A stretch of DNA of 64,000 nt from Sedimentisphaerales bacterium (GCA_963666285.1 OY762711.1), one strand, 5' to 3'. Counted from the stretch's first letter, positions 32,715 to 43,400 are shown. Numbers and translations are program-made. Notes: generated by a model not told the origin, from the letters alone.

Positions 32715-33602
32715 ATGAAAAAGGTGTCTGTAAATTGGGTTTTGAGTGTTGTTTTAGGTCTGTTTATCTTTTCTGGTTCCGGGTTGGCTGATATTTCATT
32801 ACGTTTGGATTATGGCGATGGTGACTGGCAGGAAGTTGGTCCTTTTGCTGCATTTTTTCCTGATTTACCTAAATTGGGAATATATAGTGATAGTGATCAG
32901 GAATGGTCAGGCAAAATTAACGGCAGATTAATAAATGGCAGATTAGCAAATTCTGATGATGGTGTTTTTTACGTTACAGGTTCAATATCTGAGTTAGATC
33001 CATTAGGTTCAGGATATAGATTGTCTGGTAATTCACACAGTTCCTTTTCGCTTAACAATGGTATTAATTTTACGATGGATTTTGATAGTGGTGAAGGTAT
33101 TTATATAGATCATATTTTACTTTATGACGATTCTTCTATTTTTAATGTTCCAGTAGACACTCTCAGGGTTTGGAATGCTGGTTCACCTGGATATGATGAT
33201 GCGGAACTAAATGCTAATGCTGGCGATGGATATCTACTTCTCGAAGGTGGCTCTGTAACCTTTAATGCTAGTGCTTCTACTGTTACCTATTGGGAAGAGT
33301 CTTGGGATCCTGACTATGAGCCTTCTTCATGGACTGATAACATCACTTCTGATTTCTTCAAAGATATCTATTGGAGTATAAATGGTGTAAATGTTGCGTA
33401 TGGCCTTACCCCAGAGCTTTCTTATGATACTTTGATGCAGGGATTAAACCTTACTCCCGGCACATATGATCTCAAAATGGAAATAGATGGCATGGAAGGT
33501 TATGACTATGATATTACCACTATCGAAATCATTCCCGAACCAATTTCATTTGCCATAATGATTGGTGGTGGAGCATTAATGTTAAAAAGAAGAGTAAGGT
33601 AA
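32715..33602 (+). CDS. PEP-CTERM sorting-domain protein
   Basis: Signal peptide; C-terminal IPEP + hydrophobic helix + KRRVR. Confidence 0.85.
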   Translation: MKKVSVNWVLSVVLGLFIFSGSGLADISLRLDYGDGDWQEVGPFAAFFPDLPKLGIYSDSDQEWSGKINGRLINGRLANSDDGVFYVTGSISELDPLGSGYRLSGNSHSSFSLNNGINFTMDFDSGEGIYIDHILLYDDSSIFNVPVDTLRVWNAGSPGYDDAELNANAGDGYLLLEGGSVTFNASASTVTYWEESWDPDYEPSSWTDNITSDFFKDIYWSINGVNVAYGLTPELSYDTLMQGLNLTPGTYDLKMEIDGMEGYDYDITTIEIIPEPISFAIMIGGGALMLKRRVR

Positions 33603-33626
33603 CACGTATTTATATTACCATCATTT

Positions 33627-33718
33627 AATTAGCTTGCCGCTTTGCGGCAAACCTTCCCTAATACCAAATAAATAATACCTAATACCTCTCAAACTGGCCA
33701 TCGGTCAGTTTGAGTTAT
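33627..33718. repeat. 92-bp REP-like repeat, copy B
   Basis: Near-identical to 28951-29042. Confidence 0.9.
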
Positions 33719-33728
33719 GTCTTGTTAC

Positions 33729-35414
33729 TTATTTCGTTTTTGGCTCTTGCTGCCGAAACTTGAATATTTCTATCGTATCAACCGAAAATACTTCCTTTTC
33801 CTGCTTGTCATTACGCACCATCGGGTAGCAATCCTTACTGACAAACTCGTATTTTTCACTCATATCGGCAAACCACTGCTCAAATTTATTCTGATCAAAA
33901 TCGTCTTTTGCCTGGTCCTTAAAACCTTTGCGATACAAAACAAAATATTCATATCCCTGCCCATCTTCCGGCAGATATTCCGGAAACGGCTTCCGAACCA
34001 TATCGGTTGGCTTATAGATATACTTATTCGCCAGGTACATTGCCGACCAGCTCAGGTCCGACCATGTCTTTTCAGAAAACGAGACACCAAGGTCATCTTT
34101 TATGCAGCATGCTTCCGATGCGAAGTTGCTGTTATACCAGAACCATCTCGAAAAGCTTCTCATGCGTTCGTCAGCACTGTTTTTATAAGGATGGATTATG
34201 TCATTTGCCGATGTTGCAATCGCTATCAGCGACAAGCCGCCCAATACCAGGCATACCACTGTTTTGGTATTCTTTTCTGTTGCTCTCCCGGCATGACTGT
34301 TCAGCATTACCGCCGCTCCAATACCAATTACAATGTTTAGCATCGGGGCAAAATACATCGAAAACTTTACATGCCCGCCATATGGAAACTTACCCATAAA
34401 TGCCGCCGCCATATTCATGCCCAGCGGAAACAGCAGCAGGGCGGCAATCTGCCATCTGCCACGTTTGAATAATGCCCATATCCCCGTGATCATTAGGATA
34501 GCCGTTGCACTGCTGCCATAGTTTTCTCCTCCGACAGGATGCCCGAATGTTGAACCGGTATGGGTAGTTATAAACCATTTTACCAACTGAATTGGGTTCG
34601 TCAGTGATGGAAATGTATCTTTCCAGCTGTTGGCCATATACCCGATTTCGGCCTCCTGCTGAGCCTTGGTTGACAGGATAAACATCAGTATAAACGACAA
34701 TCCAAATATCAGGTTAAATATCACCCAGTAAATTAAAGGGGTCCGTCCCCTTTTTTCTTTCACTATCACTATCAGCAGCAGTAAACTTAATCCGCTCGCT
34801 GTAAATAGCATCGGAAACGACATCCATATTGCTATCGGAACCCACAGTATCATCCCAACCAGCCATTTCATATTATTCGGCTGTCGCAGCCATTCAATTG
34901 CCAAAACTACCATTACCAGCGAGACAAACATATCTGTTCCATAGGTCTTGAATTCTGCCGCATATCGTATATTCGGATATGATACCGCAAAAAACGCCAA
35001 CGCAAACACTCTTGCCGATCCGCTCAGCAGTCTCTTGCATATATGCCAGAACAAAAACATACTCGCTATCGAGCTCAAAAATGCCGGCAGCCGCAGCGAT
35101 AGCTCGTTAAATCCAAACACCTGGCTGCAAGCCTTGCCCAGCCAAAAATATAATACAGGTGCCACCTGGTGATAGTTTAGCGGCTGCAGCAGCTCCATAT
35201 AACTCCGCTTAAATACATTCACCGCGATAAAGCATTCATCCTCCCACAGCGGAAACATAAGGAAATATCGCACACATCTTGCCGCAATCCCGACTATAAA
35301 AAAGAATAGTATCCACTTGTCCATCGACTTCATTGCCGGGTTTTTATCCAGCTGTTCGGTCAGGTAGAGCGGATTATTAAAGATTTCCAGTGAGCTGTTT
35401 TTCTCAGCTTGCAT
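33729..35414 (-). CDS. Polytopic GT-C fold glycosyltransferase (GT39/ArnT-like)
   Basis: LWEDE, APVLYFWL, ELSLRLP, YAAEFKTY; many TM helices. Confidence 0.75.
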   Translation of the reverse strand: MQAEKNSSLEIFNNPLYLTEQLDKNPAMKSMDKWILFFFIVGIAARCVRYFLMFPLWEDECFIAVNVFKRSYMELLQPLNYHQVAPVLYFWLGKACSQVFGFNELSLRLPAFLSSIASMFLFWHICKRLLSGSARVFALAFFAVSYPNIRYAAEFKTYGTDMFVSLVMVVLAIEWLRQPNNMKWLVGMILWVPIAIWMSFPMLFTASGLSLLLLIVIVKEKRGRTPLIYWVIFNLIFGLSFILMFILSTKAQQEAEIGYMANSWKDTFPSLTNPIQLVKWFITTHTGSTFGHPVGGENYGSSATAILMITGIWALFKRGRWQIAALLLFPLGMNMAAAFMGKFPYGGHVKFSMYFAPMLNIVIGIGAAVMLNSHAGRATEKNTKTVVCLVLGGLSLIAIATSANDIIHPYKNSADERMRSFSRWFWYNSNFASEACCIKDDLGVSFSEKTWSDLSWSAMYLANKYIYKPTDMVRKPFPEYLPEDGQGYEYFVLYRKGFKDQAKDDFDQNKFEQWFADMSEKYEFVSKDCYPMVRNDKQEKEVFSVDTIEIFKFRQQEPKTK

Positions 35415-35621
35415 ATATATACTCCAGCCTTAACAGGTCAAATTTGTGTATCTGTAGTAAGTATAATAGTTTATGCAAAAGCTCCTCTTTGTCAATCGAA
35501 AATAAATCATTGTCCTCTCGTAAGTTAGCTTACATTTATATTTGAGTTTGGATGCTTGTTAAGGTACTATTACTGAAAGTGTAATGAATTGCCATTGTGT
35601 GTATTTTAGGGGTGATATCAC

Positions 35622-37136
35622 ATGAAGATCAAAGTTAAGAAATGGTATATCTTAGTTACTGTTTTAATATTAGCGATTGTATGCTTCTTTGTCAATGGGT
35701 GTAAAATTGATCCTAAACTTCAGGATGAGTTTTTTAGGACGGGCTTGAATCCTGAGATCAAATCAGAATTATTTGAATTCCAAAATCTTATACCTGGGAT
35801 TATGAAAGAGCGTAAAGTTCCCGGCTCTGCATTGGCTGTTGTTGACAGCGACGGTATAATCTGGTCCGCCACGTTTGGCTTTACTGATTATGACAAAAAT
35901 ACGCCGGTTACACGGGATACTATCTTCAGCATCCAGTCGATGTCAAAAACTTTTACTGCTTCTGCTGTTATGCTGGCTGTTCAGGATGGTCTCGTTGACC
36001 TCGATATTCCTATCAGCCAATATCTTCCCGGTTTCAAAATCAATAGCCGTTACGAACAGCATCCTGAAGATGTGATAACATTGCGACATTTATTAAGCCA
36101 TACCGCCGGGTTTATTCACGAGGCTCCGGTTGGTAACAACATAGATGCTTCCTGTCCATCTTTTAACGATCATATTAAAAGCATATCTGATACCTGGCTT
36201 CAATGCAAAGTAGGTGAAAGCTGGCACTATTCAAATCTTGGCATTGATCTGGCTGCTTATATATTACAGGTAAAATCAGGCAAGCCAATCACTGAATATA
36301 TGAAAGAGAAAATATTCGATCCGCTGGAAATGGACAATAGTTCTGTTGACCTTGATTTTATCAGGAATCATCCCAATCGTGCTATTGGCCATCGAGAGTA
36401 TTTTAAACAGCTGGAATTAATACCTATGCTGGGAGCAGGAGGTGTCTATACCAATGCAAATGACCTCGCCGAATTCATCCGGTTTTTCCTGAACAATGGC
36501 AGAGTAAATGGCCATACCATCCTGAAAGATTCATCTCTGGAAATCATGTATGCACCCTTGACAAATAAAAATGATATGGGAACTGGTGTTTATATTGTTA
36601 AAAGTGGAAATGGCTCTGTTTATATCAATCATGGTGGCGGCGGGTTTGGCTTTTCTACTTTTATGATCTGGTATCCGGAATATGGTATTGGCGGTTTGGT
36701 ATTAACCAACTCTGAAAGTGGCCTTCAGCTATTCAATATTATCGAAGAATTGATCCGGAAAAAGCTGATCGAAAAGAAGTCAGATTTTATTCTGCCTGCT
36801 TCCTGGGACCCAAAGGTCAAAAATGTAGTTTTACCGGAAAATACTAAGCCTGAGCCTGACAATTTTACCGCTTATAAACCTCAGTGGAAAAAATATACCG
36901 GAACATACAAATACATCATTGGCGGCAATAAACTTCATAATTATGCTTCTATTGCTCTGGCTCTGGGGTATCCCGTACCTGAATTGGAAGTCAAAATATA
37001 TGAAAGAGACGGCTTTCTGGAAGTAAATGGTCGGCGGCTGGATGAATATCTCCCTGGCGTGTTTTTCACTTATGATGGTGAGTGCCTTGATTTTTCAGGA
37101 GATACTCCTCTTTGGAACGGTCTTAAGATAGAATAA
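35622..37136 (+). CDS. Serine hydrolase, beta-lactamase/AmpC-like family
   Basis: SMSK (SxxK), LLSHTAG, YSN, HGGGG. Confidence 0.88.
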   Translation: MKIKVKKWYILVTVLILAIVCFFVNGCKIDPKLQDEFFRTGLNPEIKSELFEFQNLIPGIMKERKVPGSALAVVDSDGIIWSATFGFTDYDKNTPVTRDTIFSIQSMSKTFTASAVMLAVQDGLVDLDIPISQYLPGFKINSRYEQHPEDVITLRHLLSHTAGFIHEAPVGNNIDASCPSFNDHIKSISDTWLQCKVGESWHYSNLGIDLAAYILQVKSGKPITEYMKEKIFDPLEMDNSSVDLDFIRNHPNRAIGHREYFKQLELIPMLGAGGVYTNANDLAEFIRFFLNNGRVNGHTILKDSSLEIMYAPLTNKNDMGTGVYIVKSGNGSVYINHGGGGFGFSTFMIWYPEYGIGGLVLTNSESGLQLFNIIEELIRKKLIEKKSDFILPASWDPKVKNVVLPENTKPEPDNFTAYKPQWKKYTGTYKYIIGGNKLHNYASIALALGYPVPELEVKIYERDGFLEVNGRRLDEYLPGVFFTYDGECLDFSGDTPLWNGLKIE

Positions 37137-37227
37137 ATGGATTTGGTTGGGTGTATGGTATGTCCAGATGCTGAGCCTGTAGATATATTTTCTTGTGTTT
37201 GGCCTTTGTTCGGGTTATTATTATGCC

Positions 37228-38277
37228 ATGGCATTAGAAAGAATAATTGACCCGGAAAACCGCGAAACTGGCGAAGAGAAATACGACTTGGCTCTCAGAC
37301 CCAAGCTCATCAAGGAGTGTATCGGTCAGGAAAAGCTTATCGAAAAGATCATGATCGCTCTTACCGCTGCCCGGCAGCGTCAGGAGCCGATGGAACATAC
37401 CCTTCTCCATGGCCCGCCCGGGCTCGGCAAGACTACTATTGCCCATGTTATCGCAAATGAGATGGGTACTGCTCTCAAAACTACCAGCGGCCCGGCATTA
37501 ACCCGTCCCGGCGACCTCATGGGGATACTTACCAACCTGCAGCGGGGCGATGTGCTCTTTATCGATGAGATTCACCGCCTGCCCGCTACTGTAGAAGAAT
37601 TTATCTACCCGGCAATGGAGGATTTCCGCGTCGATTTTACCGTCGATTCTGGAATGCACGCCAAGACTATCAATATTCCGCTCCAGCCGTTTACACTTAT
37701 TGGTGCTACCACTCGAGCCGGGCTTATTTCCGCTCCTATGCGTGCCCGTTTCGGCATACAGCATCATCTGGAGTTTTGGTCTCAGGATGACTTGGTCAAA
37801 TGTCTTAACCGGTCTGCTAATATGATGCAGATGGATTTCAAAGATGAATCGCTTGGTATTATTGCCGGTTGCAGCCGTGGTACTCCTCGTATTGCCAACC
37901 GTCTGCTACGCAGGGTGCGAGACTATAGCCAGGTTCATTGCGGTGGAAAGGTAACCGCTGACGCGGCCAATCATACCCTTAGAATCGAAGAAATCGATGA
38001 GATGGGGCTGGATAATCTGGATAGGGCCTACCTTAGTACACTTATCGGCACGTATAGCGGCGGTCCTGCGGGCATCGAAGCTATTGCCGCTACACTCGGC
38101 GAGGAACGCGATACTCTCGAAGATGTTGTTGAACCGTATCTGCTCCAGCAGGGGTTTGTCGCCCGCACCCGGCAGGGACGTATGGCTACCGAAGCTGCTT
38201 ATAAACACTTGAATATGCCTTATGATGGTAAGCTCGGCAAAGATAAAGCTAATTCACAGCCGAATCTTTTCGATTAG
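37228..38277 (+). CDS. ruvB: Holliday junction helicase RuvB
   Basis: GPPGLGKTT, LFIDEIHRL, GATTRAG, RGTPRIANRLLRR, VEPYL. Confidence 0.97.
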   Translation: MALERIIDPENRETGEEKYDLALRPKLIKECIGQEKLIEKIMIALTAARQRQEPMEHTLLHGPPGLGKTTIAHVIANEMGTALKTTSGPALTRPGDLMGILTNLQRGDVLFIDEIHRLPATVEEFIYPAMEDFRVDFTVDSGMHAKTINIPLQPFTLIGATTRAGLISAPMRARFGIQHHLEFWSQDDLVKCLNRSANMMQMDFKDESLGIIAGCSRGTPRIANRLLRRVRDYSQVHCGGKVTADAANHTLRIEEIDEMGLDNLDRAYLSTLIGTYSGGPAGIEAIAATLGEERDTLEDVVEPYLLQQGFVARTRQGRMATEAAYKHLNMPYDGKLGKDKANSQPNLFD

Positions 38278-38336
38278 GGTTTTGTAGTGATAGTACAAAA
38301 GTTATCGAAAATGTTAGTATATTTGGATTCTGTTAT

Positions 38337-39187
38337 TTGATGGAAAATAATTCAGAAATAGTCATATACCAAAACCATGAAGGTGATATTCGGATAGATG
38401 TACATCTTATAGACGATACTGTTTGGCTATCGCAGGCAGGTATGGCTACATTGTTTCAAACTTCAGTTCCAAACATAAGTATGCATATTAGAAATATTTA
38501 TGAGGAAGGGGAGCTGGAACAGGTTTCAACTGTTAAGAAATTCTTAATAGTTCGAAATGAAGGAGATAGAAGTGTTAAACGGGAGATAGAACATTACAAC
38601 CTTGATGTGATTATCTCTGTTGGATATAGAATTAAAAGTAAGATTGCAACTCAATTTAGAATTTGGGCAACTCAAACCTTAAAAGAGTATATTGTAAAAG
38701 GGTTTGTCTTAAACGATGATCGTTTCAAATCTGGTAATTCGATGAATTATTTTAACGAATTACAGGAACGAATTCGAGAAATTAGATTATCGGAACGATT
38801 CTTTTATCAGAAAATAAAGGATATTTATACTACTAGTATAGATTATGACCCTAATGATGAAAAAACTATCTTAATGAAAATGAAATTAAGTTGCTTGGGC
38901 TGCTTGTTGAACAATATTTGGCCTTTGCTGAAACAATGGCACAGCAGCATACCCCAATGTATATGGATGATTGGATTAAACGCCTGGATTCTATTATTCA
39001 GCTTAATGGCAAAGAATTGCTTCATCATGCTGGAAAGATTTCCCATAAAATGGCATTAGATAAATCTGCAACTGAATATGATAAATATAAAGAATTGCAG
39101 ATAAAAGAACAATGTGAACAAAGTCTGGCTGAGTTAGTTGAAGACATACAACGTTTGTCGAAAAAAGCAGAAAAGAAAGAGGGCTAA
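38337..39187 (+). pseudogene. RhuM-family protein gene split across two frames by an internal deletion
   Basis: N-part has YNLDVIISVGYRIKS..ATQFRIWAT and IREIRLSERFFYQKIKDIY; C-part KNYLNENEI..LVEQYLAFAE..MDDWIKRLD..AGKISH is in another frame. Confidence 0.8.
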
Positions 39188-40463
39188 GTGTTTGCCGGCT
39201 AATACTAATAAAACCGCATATAAGAAACCAAAATATAAACCGCTCAAAAACAAACGCGGGTTTGACCTGTTTACCTTCAAGCTTACCCAGGAAGGAATGG
39301 TTATTACCGGTGCTGTTAGTGTAGTTGCTGGTTTTGTCACTATGTCACCGGCTTATCATCTCCTGGTATCTCTTTTCTGTGCCTACCTCGTAATATATTT
39401 TGTCGGAGGATGGTATACTCCGAAACTTGATATTAAAGGGCGGTTACCCGACCGGCTGGAGGCCGGCAGAGAAATAAAAGTCCGGTATGAATTAACTAAC
39501 CTGAAAAAACGATCTGCCTATGATGTTGCTGTCGGGCTTTTTCACTTGCCTGCCCAATTGAGACAGACCAAAACGAATGATGTTATCTCGTGTATCAAAA
39601 CAGGTGAAACTGTTACTTACGATCTTGAACTGAAACCTCTTCGCCGCGGCATGTACGAGATTTTCGGACCGAGATATTTTTCTACTTTCCCCTTTAATCT
39701 GTTCAGAAACGGACCGACCAACAAGCGTGAAATTTCGATGCTGGTTATTCCATCATATCATCCAATCGGTACACTCCAGCTTTCTAAAGATAGCCGCTAT
39801 TGCCCTGGTGGTGTCACCAGTGCCTCGAATGTTGGTGAGTCGCCCGAATATATCGGCAACAGGGAATTCCGGTCTGGTGATTCGCCTCGAAGGATAGACT
39901 GTCGTGCCTGGGCCAGGCTTGGTTCGCCTGCCATCAAGGAATACAATGAAGAATATTTCTGTCATGTTGCTTTGATTCTTGATACTCAGATCAGCGAAGA
40001 CGTTAAGCCCGGCCCCGAAGGTTATCCAAACTTTGAAGCTGCTGTCAGCCTTACTGCTTCGCTTGTTGATTCGATATCAAAAAGTGAAGATGTAATAGAT
40101 GTCTTTGCTGCCGGTTCTGAACTTTATATCTTCCGTGCCGGCAGAAATACCGCCCAGTTTGATAACCTGCTGGAAGTTTTTGCTTGCCTGGAACATTCTA
40201 AATCCGATCCTTTCGGTAGTATCTCATCTACCCTTGTTCAGGAGCTGGAAAACACCTCTTCGGCGATCTTTGTCCTGCTGGATTGGGATGATTCACGAGA
40301 GATACTTGTCAAACAGGCATTAGAGCACGGTTGTGTCGTCAAAATTATTTTGATCGGCAACGGTAAATACACCAAAGATTATCGTAGTAATTCGGAGTTG
40401 GCTGTTGCTACTTATGATATTACCCCTGAAATGGTCAAGGAAGGAAGAGTTTGTTTCTCATAA
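39138..40463 (+). CDS. DUF58 family protein (real start probably TTG at 39192)
   Basis: PLRRG, FPFNLF, EYIGNREFRSGDSPRRIDCRAWAR, KEYNEE, FEAAVSLTAS. Confidence 0.85.
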   Translation: MKTYNVCRKKQKRKRAKCLPANTNKTAYKKPKYKPLKNKRGFDLFTFKLTQEGMVITGAVSVVAGFVTMSPAYHLLVSLFCAYLVIYFVGGWYTPKLDIKGRLPDRLEAGREIKVRYELTNLKKRSAYDVAVGLFHLPAQLRQTKTNDVISCIKTGETVTYDLELKPLRRGMYEIFGPRYFSTFPFNLFRNGPTNKREISMLVIPSYHPIGTLQLSKDSRYCPGGVTSASNVGESPEYIGNREFRSGDSPRRIDCRAWARLGSPAIKEYNEEYFCHVALILDTQISEDVKPGPEGYPNFEAAVSLTASLVDSISKSEDVIDVFAAGSELYIFRAGRNTAQFDNLLEVFACLEHSKSDPFGSISSTLVQELENTSSAIFVLLDWDDSREILVKQALEHGCVVKIILIGNGKYTKDYRSNSELAVATYDITPEMVKEGRVCFS

Positions 40464-40472
40464 ATAAATACT

Positions 40473-41141
40473 ATGGAATTCTTTTGGCTTAATAGACAAG
40501 ATAATAAGGAGCTTATTTTATTCTTTAACGGGTGGGGCATGGACCAGCACCCGGTACAGCATATCGAATGCAGCTCTTATGATGTTCTTGAATTCCATGA
40601 TTATTCGTCTCAGGAACTTTCTCTTGATCTTCCTGAACTGGTAAAAACTTACGATAGCGTTTCACTCATCGCCTGGTCGCTGGGTGTCTGGGCTGCCGCC
40701 GAGTTTTTATCTGGTCGTAAGATGAATATTTCTCGGGGTATCGCCATTAACGGGACAACAGAGCCTGTCAGTATTAAATACGGTATTTCACCGAATGTCT
40801 TTCAGGGTACTATTGACAATTGGTCTGATACTGCTCGCGGTTCTTTCAATCGCCGTATGTGTAAAGATAAAAATATATTGGATTTCTTTACTGACAATTA
40901 TCCTGACCGCTCGGCCGTAAGCCAGAAAGAGGAGCTCGTTTCGCTTCAATCCAGAATCGAATCGTCCAATATTGAGCCTTCATTTTTTGATACCGCCGTA
41001 ATAGGTATCAAAGACAAAATATTTCCTTCTGACAGCCAGCAGGCTTTCTGGAAAAAGCATTCTGTATATGCTCAGCTTGTACCGGCTCCTCATTATTTCT
41101 TTAATGATATTATTGACTGGAGGGTAATACTTGGTTTATGA
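40473..41141 (+). CDS. bioG: Pimeloyl-ACP methyl ester esterase, BioG/DUF452 family
   Basis: LILFFNGWGMD, LIAWSLGVW, AINGT; overlaps bioC. Confidence 0.8.
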   Translation: MEFFWLNRQDNKELILFFNGWGMDQHPVQHIECSSYDVLEFHDYSSQELSLDLPELVKTYDSVSLIAWSLGVWAAAEFLSGRKMNISRGIAINGTTEPVSIKYGISPNVFQGTIDNWSDTARGSFNRRMCKDKNILDFFTDNYPDRSAVSQKEELVSLQSRIESSNIEPSFFDTAVIGIKDKIFPSDSQQAFWKKHSVYAQLVPAPHYFFNDIIDWRVILGL

Positions 41142-41895
41142 CAAACCGGACAAGTTATTGATCAGGCAGCGATTTGCCCGCAGCCTGAAAACTTATACTG
41201 ATAATGCCTCGGTGCAGCATCAGATTGCTGACCGGCTGATTTCTGAACTTATAGAGGCTGCCGGCCATTATTTTCCTCGTATTATGGAAATTGGTTGCGG
41301 TTCTGGACTTTTTACCCGGCTTATAAATGATAAGCTCCGGTTCGAGAGGCTCTTTTTAAATGACCTTGTCGATGACTGTCGGTTTGTTGCCGATACCGTT
41401 CCTGCCGGTGAATTTATTAGTGGTGATATTGAAACTATCGATTCATTACCCCAGGATATCAACCTGGTTGTTTCCAATGCTGTCTTCCAGTGGTTCCATG
41501 ATATGCCTGCCACTCTCAGCAGGCTGGCAGCAGTTATGCAGCCGGGGGCTATGCTGGCATTTTCAACCTTCGGGCCTGACAATCTGTCTGAAGTCTCCAG
41601 TATAACTGGTTCTTCCCTTGAATATATGCCTCTGTACGAACTCAAGGAAATACTCTCTGATAACTTTGAAGTTATTACCTGTTATGAAAAATGGTATTTC
41701 CTGGAATTTCAATCACCGGTAGACGTGCTCAAGCATCTCAAGCAGACTGGTGTAACCGCAATCTCAAACCAAAGCTGGACCAAAAGTGATATGGCCGCCT
41801 TTTGTGATGAATATAATAGTAAATTTAACACTGAAAATGGTGTTGTTTTAAGTTATCACCCTGTTATTGTTGTGGCGCTAAAAAAGGAGTTATAA
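41131..41895 (+). CDS. bioC: Malonyl-ACP O-methyltransferase
   Basis: EIGCGSG, SNAVFQW, FSTFGPDNL, HLKQTGV. Confidence 0.92.
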   Translation: MVYDKPDKLLIRQRFARSLKTYTDNASVQHQIADRLISELIEAAGHYFPRIMEIGCGSGLFTRLINDKLRFERLFLNDLVDDCRFVADTVPAGEFISGDIETIDSLPQDINLVVSNAVFQWFHDMPATLSRLAAVMQPGAMLAFSTFGPDNLSEVSSITGSSLEYMPLYELKEILSDNFEVITCYEKWYFLEFQSPVDVLKHLKQTGVTAISNQSWTKSDMAAFCDEYNSKFNTENGVVLSYHPVIVVALKKEL

Positions 41896-43400
41896 TGTCT
41901 AAAAAAGTATTATTATTGGTTTCTGTTGTATATTTACTGGCTTCTGTTTGTGTATTGAACGCTGCCCAGAAGCCGAATATCGTCTTTCTTTTCAGCGATG
42001 ACCATGCCGTTCAGGCTATAAGTGCCTATGGCTCGATAGTCAATAAAACTCCAAATATTGATCGGCTTGCTGATGAAGGTGCGATGTTTACTCGAAACTA
42101 TTGTGCCAATTCCATTTGTGCTCCCAGTCGGGCATGTATTCTTACTGGCCTCCACAGCCACAAAAACGGGTTGCGTGACAATGTCGACCGGTTCGACGGT
42201 AGCCAGCAGACTTTCCCGAAAATCCTGCAGAAAAATGGATACAAAACTGCTATTTTTGGTAAATGGCATCTGAAAACCAATCCGACCGGATTTGATAAAT
42301 GGATGATCTATCCCGGACAGGGCTATTATTACAATCCGGACTATATTACTCCGGAAGGAAAAAAACGCATTGAAGGGTATTCTGTTGAACTCACTACCAA
42401 TTTTGCTTTGGATTTTATCAAAGAGCAAAAAGAAGCAGATAAACCATTCCTGCTGATGTGTCAATATAAAGCGCCGCATCGTACCTGGAACCCAGGACCG
42501 AAATACCTCGATAAGTATAGGAATGTCAAATTCCCTGAACCTGATACGCTTTTCGATGATTATAGCAATCGTTCCAGTAACGCAGCTAAACAGGAGATGG
42601 AAATTGGCAGGGATATGATTATGGGGTACGATTTGAAAGTGCCGGTTGAAAAATGTATCGACTGGAAACGAATGACAGAGAAACAACGTCAGGATTTTGC
42701 CGAATCGTATAGAATGGCAAACAAGGAGTTCATGGAAGCTAACCTTACTGGCAAAGATCTTGTACGATGGAAGTACCAACGTTATATGCAGGACTATCTT
42801 GCTTGTATCGCTGCTGTTGATGATAATATCGGCCGCATTCTGGACTATCTCAAGGAAAACGGGCTGGAAGACAATACCATTGTTGTTTATAGCTCCGATC
42901 AGGGTTTCTATCTCGGTGAGCACGGCTGGTTCGATAAACGCTGGATGTTTGAGGAATCTTTCAGAATGCCGCTGTTTATCCGCTGGCCCGGCGTTATCAA
43001 ACCCGGTACCGTAATTGATAAGCTTACTCAAAACATTGATTTTGCTCCGACTTTCCTGGAGATGCTCAACCTGCAGGCTCCTCAAAAAATGCAGGGTGAG
43101 AGCTTCCTTCCGCTGCTGACTGGCAAACCTGTCCAGTGGCGTAAATCATTGTATTATCATTACTATGAGTTTCCTGGTTGCCATAGTGTTGCCAGGCACG
43201 AAGGTGTGGCTACTGAAAGATATAAACTGATAAGTTATTATCAAACTGGTGATTGGGAACTGTTCGACCTGGAAAAGGATCCAAAGGAAATGAACAGTGT
43301 GTATGGTGATAAAGAGTATTCAGCAGTGCAAAAAGAGCTGGAAGCGGAACTGATACGCCTGAAAAAACTCTACGATGCTCCGGATGTGTCTAAGAAATAA
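41895..43400 (+). CDS. Secreted formylglycine-dependent sulfatase
   Basis: PNIVFLFSDD, CAPSRACILTG (CxPxR), GKWHL, SDQGFYLGEHG. Confidence 0.95.
   Translation: MSKKVLLLVSVVYLLASVCVLNAAQKPNIVFLFSDDHAVQAISAYGSIVNKTPNIDRLADEGAMFTRNYCANSICAPSRACILTGLHSHKNGLRDNVDRFDGSQQTFPKILQKNGYKTAIFGKWHLKTNPTGFDKWMIYPGQGYYYNPDYITPEGKKRIEGYSVELTTNFALDFIKEQKEADKPFLLMCQYKAPHRTWNPGPKYLDKYRNVKFPEPDTLFDDYSNRSSNAAKQEMEIGRDMIMGYDLKVPVEKCIDWKRMTEKQRQDFAESYRMANKEFMEANLTGKDLVRWKYQRYMQDYLACIAAVDDNIGRILDYLKENGLEDNTIVVYSSDQGFYLGEHGWFDKRWMFEESFRMPLFIRWPGVIKPGTVIDKLTQNIDFAPTFLEMLNLQAPQKMQGESFLPLLTGKPVQWRKSLYYHYYEFPGCHSVARHEGVATERYKLISYYQTGDWELFDLEKDPKEMNSVYGDKEYSAVQKELEAELIRLKKLYDAPDVSKK

Noticed and set aside
35622..37136. 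Antibiotic-resistance beta-lactamase
   Set aside because: SxxK/YSN motifs define a broad serine hydrolase family; nothing shows beta-lactam specificity
21712..38277. ruvA and ruvB 15 kb apart on opposite strands as a sign of an island or inversion
   Set aside because: Intervening genes include housekeeping serC, and I found no att sites, integrase or boundary repeats
41934..43085. 383-aa minus-strand ORF
   Set aside because: Antisense to a clear sulfatase with no recognisable motifs
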